Positions 42,803-58,000 of a stretch of DNA of 64,000 nucleotides are shown piece by piece. This DNA comes from the human T2T-CHM13v2.0 reference genome, Homo sapiens, in the NCBI RefSeq assembly GCF_009914755.1, contig NC_060940.1; one strand, written 5' to 3'. The notes below the pieces were generated by a model. The model made no database searches. It saw only the letters and a program-made list of their open reading frames with translations, and had not been told where the DNA came from. The position numbers and the translations under genes were made by a program. Within the stretch, counting starts at the first letter, position 1. Every line of letters starts with the position of its first letter.

Positions 42803-45800
42803 TTCAATTCAAGTCAATGATGATTCCATTCGATTCCATTCGATGATTCCATTGGATTCCATTCGATGATGATTCCATTCAAATACATTCGATAATTCAA
42901 TTCAAGTCCATTCGATGATGATTCCAATCGAATCCATTCAAAGATTCCATTCAGTTCCATTCGATGATTCCCTTAGATTCCATTCGATGATTCCACTTGA
43001 TTGCATTTACGATGATTCCATTCGATTCCATGTGATGATTCCATTCAATTCTATTCAATGATGTCTCCATTTGATTCCATTCGACCATGATTGCCTTTGA
43101 TTCCATTCAATGATTCCATTCGGTTCCGTTTGATGATGATTCCGTTCGATTCCATTTGATGATTCCATTTGATTCCATTGGATGAGTCCATTCGATTACA
43201 TTCGATGATTATTCCATTCGAGTGCATTAGATGATTCCATTCGAGTCCATTCGATGATTCCATTCGATTCCATTCGATGTTGATTCTGTTCAAATCCATT
43301 CGATGATTCCACTCGATTCCATTCGTTGACTCCATTTGATCCCATTCGATGATTTCCTTTGATTCCCTTTGATGATCATTCCATTTGATTCAATTCGGTG
43401 ATTTCATTTGATTCCATTCAGTGATGTTTCCATTCGACTCCATTCGATGATGATTCCATTCGACTCCATTCGATTATGATTTCATTCAATTCCATTCGAT
43501 AATGATTCCCTTCGAGTCCATTCGATGATTCCATTCGATTCCATTCAACGATGATTTGATTCGTGTCCATTCGATGATTCCATTTGATTCCACTTGATGA
43601 TGATTCCATTCGAGTCCATTTGATGATTCCATTCAATTCCATACTCCGATGATTTCTTTTGAGCCCACTCAATGCTTCCACTCGATTCCATATGATGATG
43701 ACTCCATTCGATGAAATTCGATGATGATTCCATTCGCTTGCTTTCGATGATGATTCCACTTGAGTCCGTTAGAAGATTCTATTCAATTACATTCCATGAC
43801 GATTCCGTTCGAGTCCATTTGATGATTCCATTAGACTCCATTCGACGATGATTCCATTCGATGTTATTCGATGATTCCATTCGATCTCATTCGATGATGA
43901 TTCCATTCAACTCCATTCGATGTTTCCATTCGAGTTCATTCTATTATTCCATTAGATTCCATTCGATGATGATTCCATTCGATTCCATTTGATGATTGCA
44001 TTCTATTTCATTTGATGATGATTCCATTCGAGTCCACTCGATGATTCCATTCGAGTCCATTTAATGAATCCATTGGTTTCAATTCTATGATGATTACATT
44101 GGATTCCATTCGTTGATGATTTCATTCGGTTCCATTCAATGATGATTCCATTCAATTCCTTTCAATGTTTCCATTCAATTCCATACGATGATGATTCCAT
44201 TTGATTTGATTCGACAGTGAGCCATTCGATTCAATTCCATGATGATTCTATTTGATTCAATTGGTTGACATTTCCATTCGATTCCATTCGATGATGATTC
44301 CCTTTGATTCCGTTCAAAGATGATTCCATTCTAGCCCATTCAATCATTCCATTCGATTCTATTCAATGATGATTCCATTCATGTCGATTTGGTGATTCCA
44401 TTTGACTTCATTTGATGATGATTCCTTTCAAGTTCATTAGATGATTCCATTCGATTCCATTTGATGATGATCCCATTCGAGTCCATTCAGTGATTCCATT
44501 CGTTTCCATTCCATGATGATTCCATTCCTTTCCATTCAATGATTCCATTCGATTCCGTTTGATGATGATTTCATTCGAGTCCATTTGATGATTCCATTTG
44601 ATTCCATTCGATGATGATTCCATTCGAGTCCATTCGATGATTCTATTCGAATCCATTTGATGATTTCTTTTGATTATATTTGGTGATGATTCCATTGGAG
44701 TCCATTCAATGATTCCATTCTATTCCAATCGATGATGATTCCATTAGAGTCCATTTAATGATTCCATTTGATTCCAGTCTCTGATGATTACATTCGAGTC
44801 CATACGATGATTCCACTCAATTCCATATGATGATGATTCCATTTGATTCCATTCGGTGATTCCATTCTATTCTATTCAATGGTGATTCCATTCGAGTACA
44901 TTAGATGATTCCATTCGTTTCCATTCAATGATGATTCTATTTGTGTCCCTTAGATGATTCCACATGATTCCATTAGATGATGATACTATTTGAGCCCATC
45001 CAATGATTCCCTTCGATTCCATTCGATGAGGATTCCATTCGATTCAATTCATTGGTGATTCTATTCAATTCAATTCTTTGATTCCATTCCATTCCATTCG
45101 ACAATGATTCCATTCGATTTCTTTCGATGATTCCACTCGATTCCACTTGACATTGATTCCATTCGATTCCATTCATTGATTCCATTTGATTCCAGTGGGT
45201 GATGATTGCCATCGATTCCATTCGATCACTCCATTCTATTCCATTTGATGATGATTACATTCGATTCCATTTGATGATTCCATCTGATTCTATTCGAGGA
45301 TTCCATTTGATTCCATTCGATGATGATTCCATTCGAGTCCATTCGATGATTTCATTCGAGTACATCCAATGATTCCATTCGAGTCCATTAGATGATTCCA
45401 TTTGATTCCATTTGAAAATGATTCTACTAGAGTCCATTCAATGACTCCATTCGAGTCCATTCAACAATTCCATTCGACTCCATTCGATGATTCCATTCGA
45501 TTCCATTTGATGGTTCCATTCGAGTCCATTTAATCATTACAGTCGAGTCCATTTGGTGATTCCACTGGATTTCTTTTGATAATGATACCATTCAATTGCA
45601 TTTGATGATGATCCCATTCAATTTCATTTGATGATGATTCCATTAGAGTCCATTCGATGATTTCATTCGAGTCCCTTCATTGATTCCATCCGATTTCATT
45701 GGATGATGACTCCATTCGAGTCCATTCGATGTTTCCACTCGATTCCATTAGATGACTCCATTGGAGTCCATTTGATTGTTCCATTCGATTCCATTCGATT

Positions 45801-48800
45801 CCTTTCAAAGATTATTCCATTTGAGTCCATTCGATGATGATTCCATTCCATTCCATTCGATGATTCCGTTTGATTCCATTCGATGATTCCCTTCGATTCC
45901 TTTCTTTGATGATTCCATTCCATTCCATTCAATGATTCCATTCGAATCTATTCCATGATGATTCCTTTCGATTCCATTCGCTGATGTTTCCGTTCAATTC
46001 CATTCGATGATGATTCCATTCGATTCCATTCATTGAGGATTCCATTTGATTCCATTCAATGATGATTCCATTCTATTCCATTCAATGATTGCATTCAATT
46101 CCATTCAATGATTATCCCATTAGAGTAAACTCAACGATTCCATTCAATACCATTCGATGATGATTCCTTTTGAGTCCATTCAATGATTTCATTCAAGTCC
46201 ATTTGATGATTCCTTTCAATTCCATTCTATGATGATTCCATTCGAGTCCATTCGATGATTCCATTCGATTGCATTCGATGATTCCATTATATTCCATTCA
46301 ACGGTGATTCCATTCGAGTCCATTCCATGATTCCATTAGAGTACATTTAATGATTGCTTTGTTTTCAATTCGAAGATGATTACATTGGATTCCATTCTAT
46401 GATACCATTCGATTCCATTCAATGATGATTCCACTCAAATCCATTGGATGATTCCATTCGTGTCCATTCGGTGATTTCATTAGATTCCATTCGAGGATGA
46501 TTCCATTCGATTCCATTCGATGATTCCATTCAATTCCATTCGATGATGATTCCATTCCAGTCCATATGATCATTCCATTTGATTTCATTCGATGATGATT
46601 CCATTCGATTCGATTCGACGATTCCATTCTATTCCATTCGATGATGATTCCATTCGAGTCCATTCGATCATTCCATTCGAGTCCATTTAATGATTCCATT
46701 GGGTTCAATTCAATGATGATTACATTGGATTCCGTTCTATGATTCCATTCAATTCCGTTCATTGACAATTTGATTCCATTCGATGATGATTCCATTTGAG
46801 TTCATTCGATGATTCTATTCGATTCTCTTCGATGGTGATTCAATTCTATTATATTGGATGATTCCATTCGATTCCATTTGATGTTGATTCAATTCGATTC
46901 TATTCGATGATGATTCCATTGGATTTCACTTGATGATTCTATTCGATTCCATTCAATGATGATTCACTTCTCGTCCATTGGATGATTCCATTTCATTCCA
47001 TTCGATGATGATTCCATTCGATTCCATTCGATGATTCCATTTGATTCCATGCGACGGTGAGCAATTCGATTCAATTCCATGATGATTCTATTTGATTCAA
47101 TTAGATGATGTTTCCATTCGAATCCATTCCATGATTATTCCATTGGAATCCATTTGGCGATGATTCCATATGAGTCAATTCAATGATGATTCCATATGGG
47201 TCCGTTCGATGATAATTCCATTTGATTTCATTCGATGCTTCTATTCTATTCCAGTCGATGATGATTCCGTTGGAGTCCATACGATGATTCCATTTGATTT
47301 CATTTGATGATGATTCCATTCGATGATGATTACATTGGATTCCATTCTATGATTCCATTCAATTCCATTCGTTGATGATTCGATTCCATTCAATGATGAT
47401 TCCATTTGAGTTCATTCGATGATTCTATTCGATTCCGTTCGATGGTGATTCAATTCTATTATATTGGATGATTCCACTCGATTCCATTTGATGATTATTC
47501 CATTGGAGTCCACTTAGTGAATCCTTTAGATTCTACTCGACGATGATTCCATTCGAGTCCATTCGATGATACCATTCAATTCAATTCGTTGATGCTTCCA
47601 TTCAAGTGCATTCGATGATATCATTCGATTCCATTTGATGATAATTCCATTTGATTCCATGCGATGATTCTATTCGATTCCATTCAATGATAATTCCATT
47701 CAATTCAGTGATTCCTCTGGACTCCATTTGATGATGATTCCATTCAATGATTCCATTCGATTCTATTCGAAAATGATTCCATTTGAATCCATTTGATGAT
47801 GATTCCATTAGATTCCATTTGATGATTCCATTCGATTCCATTCGACGATGATTCCATTCGATTCCGTTTGATGATTCCATTCTATTCTATTTGATGATGA
47901 TTCCATTCGATTCCATTCGATGATGATTGGATTCGATTCCATTGGATGATTTCATTTGATTCCATTCGTTAATGATTTCGATCAATTCCATTCGATGATT
48001 CCATTCGATTCCATTCGATAATGATTACATCCGAGTCCATTCGATGATTCCCTTTGAGCCTGTTCGATAATTCCATTTGAGTCCAACCAATGATTCCATT
48101 CATTTCCATTCAATGATTCCATTCGAGTCCATTTGATCATTCCGGTAGGGTCCATTCGATGTTGATTCCATTGGAGTGCATTCGATGATTCCATTCGAGT
48201 CCATTTTAGGATTTGATTTGAGTCCTTTCGATGATTCCATTCGATTCCACTCGATGATGATTTCATTCGAGTCCATTCGACACTTCCAATCGATTCCATT
48301 TGATGATTCCATTCGAGTCCAATTGATGATTCCATTCAATTCCATTCGATGATGATTCCGTACGATTCCATTCTGTGATGATTCCATGTGATTGCATTCA
48401 ATGATGATTCCTTTCGATTGCATTCGATTATGATTCATTTCGTGTTCATTCTATGGTTCCACAGGTTTCCATTCGTGTCCATTCCATTATTCCATTCTAT
48501 TCCATTTGATGATGATTCCATTCGATTCCATTCATTGGTGATTCCACTCAATTCCATTCAATGATTCCATTCCATTTCTTTCAACAATGATTCCATTAGT
48601 TTCTAATCGATGATCCACTTGATTCCATTTGACGACGATTCCATTCTTGTCCATTCGATGATTCCATTTGATTCCATATGATGATGATTCCATTCGATTC
48701 CATACCATGATGATTCCATTCGAGTCCATTCAATGGTGATTCCATTCAATTCCATTCGATGATTCCTTTTGATTCCATTCGATGATGATGGCATTCGATT

Positions 48801-48914
48801 CCTTTCAATCATTCCCTTTGATTCCATTCAAAGGTGATTTCATTCAAGTCCATTCGATAATTGCATTCGATTCCATTCTATGATGATTCCATTCGAGTCC
48901 ATTTGATGATTCCA
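42803..48914 (+). repeat. Higher-order unit 7, canonical 6,112 bp
   Basis: Marker 43051 recurs at 49163 (+6112). Confidence 0.95.
43823..43833 (-). promoter_or_regulatory. Representative DUX4-type motif TAATGGAATCA (about 8 per 6,112 bp unit across the array)
   Basis: The + strand TGATTCCATTA is the reverse complement of TAATGGAATCA, which fits the DUX4 consensus TAAYBBAATCA. DUX4 binding and activation of HSATII is established in general, but occupancy at this site is not shown. Confidence 0.4.
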
Positions 48915-51900
48915 TTCAATTCAAGTCAATGATGATTCCATTCGATTCCATTCGATGATTCCATTGGATTCCATTCGATGATGATTCCATTCAAATCCAT
49001 TCGATAATTCAATTCAAGTCCATTCGATGATGATTCCAATCGAATCCATTCAAAGATTCCATTCAGTTCCATTCGATGATTCCCTTAGATTCCATTCGAT
49101 GATTCCACTTGATTGCATTTACGATGATTCCATTCGATTCCATGTGATGATTCCATTCAATTCTATTCAATGATGTCTCCATTTGATTCCATTCGACCAT
49201 GATTGCCTTTGATTCCATTCAATGATTCCATTCGGTTCCGTTTGATGATGATTCCGTTCGATTCCATTTGATGATTCCATTGGATTCCATTGGATGAGTC
49301 CATTCGATTACATTCGATGATTATTCCATTCGAGTGCATTAGATGATTCCATTCGAGTCCATTCGATGATTCCATTCGATTCCATTCGATGTTGATTCTG
49401 TTCAAATCCATTCGATGATTCCACTCGATTCCATTCGTTGACTCCATTTGATCCCATTCGATGATTTCCTTTGATTCCCTTTGATGATCATTCCATTTGA
49501 TTCAATTCGGTGATTTCATTTGATTCCATTCAGTGATGTTTCCATTCGACTCCATTCGATGATGATTCCATTCGACTCCATTCGATTATGATTTCATTCA
49601 ATTCCATTCGATAATGATTCCCTTCGAGTCCATTCGATGATTCCATTCGATTCCATTCAACGATGATTTGATTCGTGTCCATTCGATGATTCCATTTGAT
49701 TCCACTTGATGATGATTCCATTCGAGTCCATTTGATGATTCCATTCAATTCCATACTCCGATGATTTCTTTTGAGCCCACTCAATGCTTCCACTCGATTC
49801 CATATGATGATGACTCCATTCGATGAAATTCGATGATGATTCCATTCGCTTGCTTTCGATGATGATTCCACTTGAGTCCGTTAGAAGATTCTATTCAATT
49901 ACATTCCATGACGATTCCGTTCGAGTCCATTTGATGATTCCATTAGACTCCATTCGACGATGATTCCATTCGATGTTATTCGATGATTCCATTCGATCTC
50001 ATTCGATGATGATTCCATTCAACTCCATTCGATGTTTCCATTCGAGTTCATTCTATTATTCCATTAGATTCCATTCGATGATGATTCCATTCGATTCCAT
50101 TTGATGATTGCATTCTATTTCATTTGATGATGATTCCATTCGAGTCCACTCGATGATTCCATTCGAGTCCATTTAATGAATCCATTGGTTTCAATTCTAT
50201 GATGATTACATTGGATTCCATTCGTTGATGATTTCATTCGGTTCCATTCAATGATGATTCCATTCAATTCCTTTCAATGTTTCCATTCAATTCCATACGA
50301 TGATGATTCCATTTGATTTGATTCGACAGTGAGCCATTCGATTCAATTCCATGATGATTCTATTTGATTCAATTGGTTGACATTTCCATTCGATTCCATT
50401 CGATGATGATTCCCTTTGATTCCGTTCAAAGATGATTCCATTCTAGCCCATTCAATCATTCCATTCGATTCTATTCAATGATGATTCCATTCATGTCGAT
50501 TTGGTGATTCCATTTGACTTCATTTGATGATGATTCCTTTCAAGTTCATTAGATGATTCCATTCGATTCCATTTGATGATGATCCCATTCGAGTCCATTC
50601 AGTGATTCCATTCGTTTCCATTCCATGATGATTCCATTCCTTTCCATTCAATGATTCCATTCGATTCCGTTTGATGATGATTTCATTCGAGTCCATTTGA
50701 TGATTCCATTTGATTCCATTCGATGATGATTCCATTCGAGTCCATTCGATGATTCTATTCGAATCCATTTGATGATTTCTTTTGATTATATTTGGTGATG
50801 ATTCCATTGGAGTCCATTCAATGATTCCATTCTATTCCAATCGATGATGATTCCATTAGAGTCCATTTAATGATTCCATTTGATTCCAGTCTCTGATGAT
50901 TACATTCGAGTCCATACGATGATTCCACTCAATTCCATATGATGATGATTCCATTTGATTCCATTCGGTGATACCATTCTATTCTATTCAATGGTGATTC
51001 CATTCGAGTACATTAGATGATTCCATTCGTTTCCATTCAATGATGATTCTATTTGTGTCCCTTAGATGATTCCACATGATTCCATTAGATGATGATACTA
51101 TTTGAGCCCATCCAATGATTCCCTTCGATTCCATTCGATGAGGATTCCATTCGATTCAATTCATTGGTGATTCTATTCAATTCAATTCTTTGATTCCATT
51201 CCATTCCATTCGACAATGATTCCATTCGATTTCTTTCGATGATTCCACTCGATTCCACTTGACATTGATTCCATTCGATTCCATTCATTGATTCCATTTG
51301 ATTCCAGTGGGTGATGATTGCCATCGATTCCATTCGATCACTCCATTCTATTCCATTTGATGATGATTACATTCGATTCCATTTGATGATTCCATCTGAT
51401 TCTATTCGAGGATTCCATTTGATTCCATTCGATGATGATTCCATTCGAGTCCATTCGATGATTTCATTCGAGTACATCCAATGATTCCATTCGAGTCCAT
51501 TAGATGATTCCATTTGATTCCATTTGAAAATGATTCTACTAGAGTCCATTCAATGACTCCATTCGAGTCCATTCAACAATTCCATTCGACTCCATTCGAT
51601 GATTCCATTCGATTCCATTTGATGGTTCCATTCGAGTCCATTTAATCATTACAGTCGAGTCCATTTGGTGATTCCACTGGATTTCTTTTGATAATGATAC
51701 CATTCAATTGCATTTGATGATGATCCCATTCAATTTCATTTGATGATGATTCCATTAGAGTCCATTCGATGATTTCATTCGAGTCCCTTCATTGATTCCA
51801 TCCGATTTCATTGGATGATGACTCCATTCGAGTCCATTCGATGATTCCACTCGATTCCATTAGATGACTCCATTGGAGTCCATTTGATTGTTCCATTCGA

Positions 51901-54900
51901 TTCCATTCGATTCCTTTCGAAGATTATTCCATTTGAGTCCATTCGATGATGATTCCATTCCATTCCATTCCATGATTCCGTTTGATTCCATTCGATGATT
52001 CCCTTCGATTCCTTTCTTTGATGATTCCATTCCATTCCATTCAATGATTCCATTCGAATCTATTCCATGATGATTCCTTTCGATTCCATTCGCTGATGTT
52101 TCCGTTCAATTCCATTCGATGATGATTCCATTCGATTCCATTCATTGAGGATTCCATTTGATTCCATTCAATGATGATTCCATTCTATTCCATTCAATGA
52201 TTGCATTCAATTCCATTCAATGATTATCCCATTAGAGTAAACTCAACGATTCCATTCAATACCATTCGATGATGATTCCTTTTGAGTCCATTCAATGATT
52301 TCATTCAAGTCCATTTGATGATTCCTTTCAATTCCATTCTATGATGATTCCATTCGAGTCCATTCGATGATTCCATTCGATTGCATTCGATGATTCCATT
52401 ATATTCCATTCAACGGTGATTCCATTCGAGTCCATTCCATGATTCCATTAGAGTACATTTAATGATTGCTTTGTTTTCAATTCGAAGATGATTACATTGG
52501 ATTCCATTCTATGATACCATTCGATTCCATTCAATGATGATTCCACTCAAATCCATTGGATGATTCCATTCGTGTCCATTCGGTGATTTCATTAGATTCC
52601 ATTCGAGGATGATTCCATTCGATTCCATTCGATGATTCCATTCAATTCCATTCGATGATGATTCCATTCCAGTCCATATGATCATTCCATTTGATTTCAT
52701 TCGATGATGATTCCATTCGATTCGATTCGACGATTCCATTCTATTCCATTCGATGATGATTCCATTCGAGTCCATTCGATCATTCCATTCGAGTCCATTT
52801 AATGATTCCATTGGGTTCAATTCAATGATGATTACATTGGATTCCGTTCTATGATTCCATTCAATTCCGTTCATTGACAATTTGATTCCATTCGATGATG
52901 ATTCCATTTGAGTTCATTCGATGATTCTATTCGATTCTCTTCGATGGTGATTCAATTCTATTATATTGGATGATTCCATTCGATTCCATTTGATGTTGAT
53001 TCAATTCGATTCTATTCGATGATGATTCCATTGGATTTCACTTGATGATTCTATTCGATTCCATTCAATGATGATTCACTTCTCGTCCATTGGATGATTC
53101 CATTTCATTCCATTCGATGATGATTCCATTCGATTCCATTCGATGATTCCATTTGATTCCATGCGACGGTGAGCAATTCGATTCAATTCCATGATGATTC
53201 TATTTGATTCAATTAGATGATGTTTCCATTCGAATCCATTCCATGATTATTCCATTGGAATCCATTTGGCGATGATTCCATATGAGTCAATTCAATGATG
53301 ATTCCATATGGGTCCGTTCGATGATAATTCCATTTGATTTCATTCGATGCTTCTATTCTATTCCAGTCGATGATGATTCCGTTGGAGTCCATACGATGAT
53401 TCCATTTGATTTCATTTGATGATGATTCCATTCGATGATGATTACATTGGATTCCATTCTATGATTCCATTCAATTCCATTCGTTGATGATTCGATTCCA
53501 TTCAATGATGATTCCATTTGAGTTCATTCGATGATTCTATTCGATTCCGTTCGATGGTGATTCAATTCTTTTATATTGGATGATTCCACTCGATTCCATT
53601 TGATGATTATTCCATTGGAGTCCACTTAGTGAATCCTTTAGATTCTACTCGACGATGATTCCATTCGAGTCCATTCGATGATACCATTCAATTCCATTCG
53701 TTGATGCTTCCATTCAAGTGCATTCGATGATATCATTCGATTCCATTTGATGATAATTCCATTTGATTCCATGCGATGATTCTATTCGATTCCATTCAAT
53801 GATAATTCCATTCAATTCAGTGATTCCTCTGGACTCCATTTGATGATGATTCCATTCAATGATTCCATTCGATTCTATTCGAAAATGATTCCATTTGAAT
53901 CCATTTGATGATGATTCCATTAGATTCCATTTGATGATTCCATTCGATTCCATTCGACGATGATTCCATTCGATTCCGTTTGATGATTCCATTCTATTCT
54001 ATTCGATGATGATTCCATTCGATTCCATTCGATGATGATTGGATTCGATTCCATTTGATGATTTCATTTGATTCCATTCGTTAATGATTTCGATCAATTC
54101 CATTCGATGATTCCATTCGATTCCATTCGATAATGATTACATCCGAGTCCATTCGATGATTCCCTTTGAGCCTGTTCGATAATTCCATTTGAGTCCAACC
54201 AATGATTCCATTCATTTCCATTCAATGATTCCATTCGAGTCCATTTGATCATTCCGGTAGGGTCCGTTCGATGTTGATTCCATTGGAGTGCATTCGATGA
54301 TTCCATTCGAGTCCATTTTAGGATTTGATTCAAGTCCTTTCGATGATTCCATTCGATTCCACTCGATGATGATTTCATTCGAGTCCATTCGACACTTCCA
54401 ATCGATTCCATTTGATGATTCCATTCGAGTCCAATTGATGATTCCATTCAATTCCATTCGATGATGATTCCCTACGATTCCATTCTGTGATGATTCCATG
54501 TGATTGCATTCAATGATGATTCCTTTCGATTGCATTCGATTATGATTCATTTCGTGTTCATTCTATGGTTCCACAGGTTTCCATTCGTGTCCATTCCATT
54601 ATTCCATTCTATTCCATTTGATGATGATTCCATTCGATTCCATTCATTGGTGATTCCACTCAATTCCATTCAATGATTCCATTCCATTTCTTTCAACAAT
54701 GATTCCATTAGTTTCTAATCGATGATCCACTTGATTCCATTTGACGACGATTCCATTCTTGTCCATTCGATGATTCCATTTGATTCCATATGATGATGAT
54801 TCCATTCGATTCCATACCATGATGATTCCATTCGAGTCCATTCAATGGTGATTCCATTCAATTCCATTCGATGATTCCTTTTGATTCCATTCGATGATGA

Positions 54901-55026
54901 TGGCATTCGATTCCTTTCAATCATTCCCTTTGATTCCATTCAAAGGTGATTTCATTCAAGTCCATTCGATAATTGCATTCGATTCCATTCTATGATGATT
55001 CCATTCGAGTCCATTTGATGATTCCA
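48915..55026 (+). repeat. Higher-order unit 8, canonical 6,112 bp
   Basis: Marker 49163 recurs at 55275 (+6112). Confidence 0.95.
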
Positions 55027-58000
55027 TTCAATTCAAGTCAATGATGATTCCATTCGATTCCATTCGATGATTCCATTGGATTCCATTCGATGATGATTCC
55101 ATTCAAATCCATTCGATAATTCAATTCAAGTCCATTCGATGATGATTCCAATCGAATCCATTCAAAGATTCCATTCAGTTCCATTCGATGATTCCCTTAG
55201 ATTCCATTCGATGATTCCACTTGATTGCATTTACGATGATTCCATTCGATTCCATGTGATGATTCCATTCAATTCTATTCAATGATGTCTCCATTTGATT
55301 CCATTCGACCATGATTGCCTTTGATTCCATTCAATGATTCCATTCGGTTCCGTTTGATGATGATTCCGTTCGATTCCATTTGATGATTCCATTTGATTCC
55401 ATTGGATGAGTCCATTCGATTACATTCGATGATTATTCCATTCGAGTGCATTAGATGATTCCATTCGAGTCCATTCGATGATTCCATTCGATTCCATTCG
55501 ATGTTGATTCTGTTCAAATCCATTCGATGATTCCACTCGATTCCATTCGTTGACTCCATTTGATCCCATTCGATGATTTCCTTTGATTCCCTTTGATGAT
55601 CATTCCGTTTGATTCAATTCGGTGATTTCATTTGATTCCATTCAGTGATGTTTCCATTCGACTCCATTCGATGATGATTCCATTCAACTCCATTCGATTA
55701 TGATTTCATTCAATTCCATTCGATAATGATTCCCTTCGAGTCCATTCGATGATTCCATTCGATTCCATTCAACGATGATTTGATTCGTGTCCATTCGATG
55801 ATTCCATTTGATTCCACTTGATCATGATTCCATTCGAGTCCATTTGATGATTCCATTCAATTCCATACTCCGATGATTTCTTTTGAGCCCACTCAATGCT
55901 TCCACTCGATTCCATATGATGATGACTCCATTCGATGAAATTCGATGATGATTCCATTCGCTTGCTTTCGATGATGATTCCACTTGAGTCCGTTAGAAGA
56001 TTCTATTCAATTACATTCCATGACGATTCCGTTCGAGTCCATTTGATGATTCCATTAGACTCCATTCGACGATGATTCCATTCGATGTTATTCGATGATT
56101 CCATTTGATCTCATTCGATGATGATTCCATTCAACTCCATTCGATGTTTCCATTCGAGTTCATTCTATTATTCCATTAGATTCCATTCGATGATGATTCC
56201 ATTCGATTCCATTTGATGATTGCATTCTATTTCATTTGATGATGATTCCATTCGAGTCCACTCGATGATTCCATTCGAGTCCATTTAATGAATCCATTGG
56301 TTTCAATTCTATGATGATTACATTGGATTCCATTCGTTGATGATTTCATTCGGTTCCATTCAATGATGATTCCATTCAATTCCTTTCAATGTTTCCATTC
56401 AATTCCATACGATGATGATTCCATTTGATTTGATTCGACAGTGAGCCATTCGATTCAATTCCATGATGATTCTATTTGATTCAATTGGTTGACATTTCCA
56501 TTCGATTCCATTCGATGATGATTCCCTTTGATTCCGTTCAAAGATGATTCCATTCTAGCCCATTCAATCATTCCATTCGATTCTATTCAATGATGATACC
56601 ATTCATGTCGATTTGGTGATTCCATTTGACTTCATTTGATGATGATTCCTTTCAAGTTCATTAGATGATTCCATTCGATTCCATTTGATGATGATCCCAT
56701 TCGAGTCCATTCAGTGATTCCATTCGTTTCCATTCCATGATGATTCCATTCCTTTCCATTCAATGATTCCATTCGATTCCGTTTGATGATGATTTCATTC
56801 GAGTCCATTTGATGATTCCATTTGATTCCATTCGATGATGATTCCATTCGAGTCCATTCGATGATTCTATTCGAATCCATTTGATGATTTCTTTTGATTA
56901 TATTTGGTGATGATTCCATTGGAGTCCATTCAATGATTCCATTCTATTCCAATCGATGATGATTCCATTAGAGTCCATTTAATGATTCCATTTGATTCCA
57001 GTCTCTGATGATTACATTCGAGTCCATACGATGATTCCACTCAATTCCATAAGATGATGATTCCATTTGATTCCATTCGGTGATTCCATTCTATTCTATT
57101 CAATGGTGATTCCATTCGAGTACATTAGATGATTCCATTCGATTCCATTCAATGATGATTCTATGTGTGTCCCTTAGATGATTCCAAATGATTCCATTAC
57201 ATGATGATACTATTTGAGCCCATCCAATGATTCCCTTCGATTCCATTCGATGAGGATTCCATTCGATTCAATTCATTGGTGATTCTATTCAATTCAATTC
57301 TTTGATTCCATTCCATTCCATTCGACAATGATTCCATTCGATTTCTTTCGATGATTCCACTCGATTCCACTTGACATTGATTCCATTCGATTCCATTCAA
57401 TGATTCCATTTGATTCCAGTGGATGATGATTGCCATTGATTCCATTCGATCACTCCATTCTATTCCATTTGATGATGATTACATTCGATTCCATTTGATG
57501 ATTCCATCTGATTCTATTCGAGGATTCCATTTGATTCCATTCGATGATGATTCCATTCGAGTCCATTCGATGATTTCATTCCAGTACATCCAATGATTCC
57601 ATTCGAGTCCATTAGATGATTCCATTTGATTCCATTTGAAAATGATTCTACTAGAGTCCATTCAATGACTCCATTCGAGTCCATTCAACAATTCCATTCG
57701 ACTCCATTCGATGATTCCATTCGATTCCATTTGATGGTTCCATTCGAGTCCATTTAATCATTACAGTCGAGTCCATTTGTTGATTCCACTGGATTTCTTT
57801 TGATAATGATACCATTCAATTACATTTGATGATGATCCCATTCAACTTCATTTGATGATGATTCCATTAGAGTCCATTCGATGATTTCATTCGAGTCCCT
57901 TCATTGATTCCATCCGATTTCATTGGATGATGACTCCATTCGAGTCCATTCGATGATTCCACTCGATTCCATTAGATGACTCCATTGGAGTCCATTTGAT

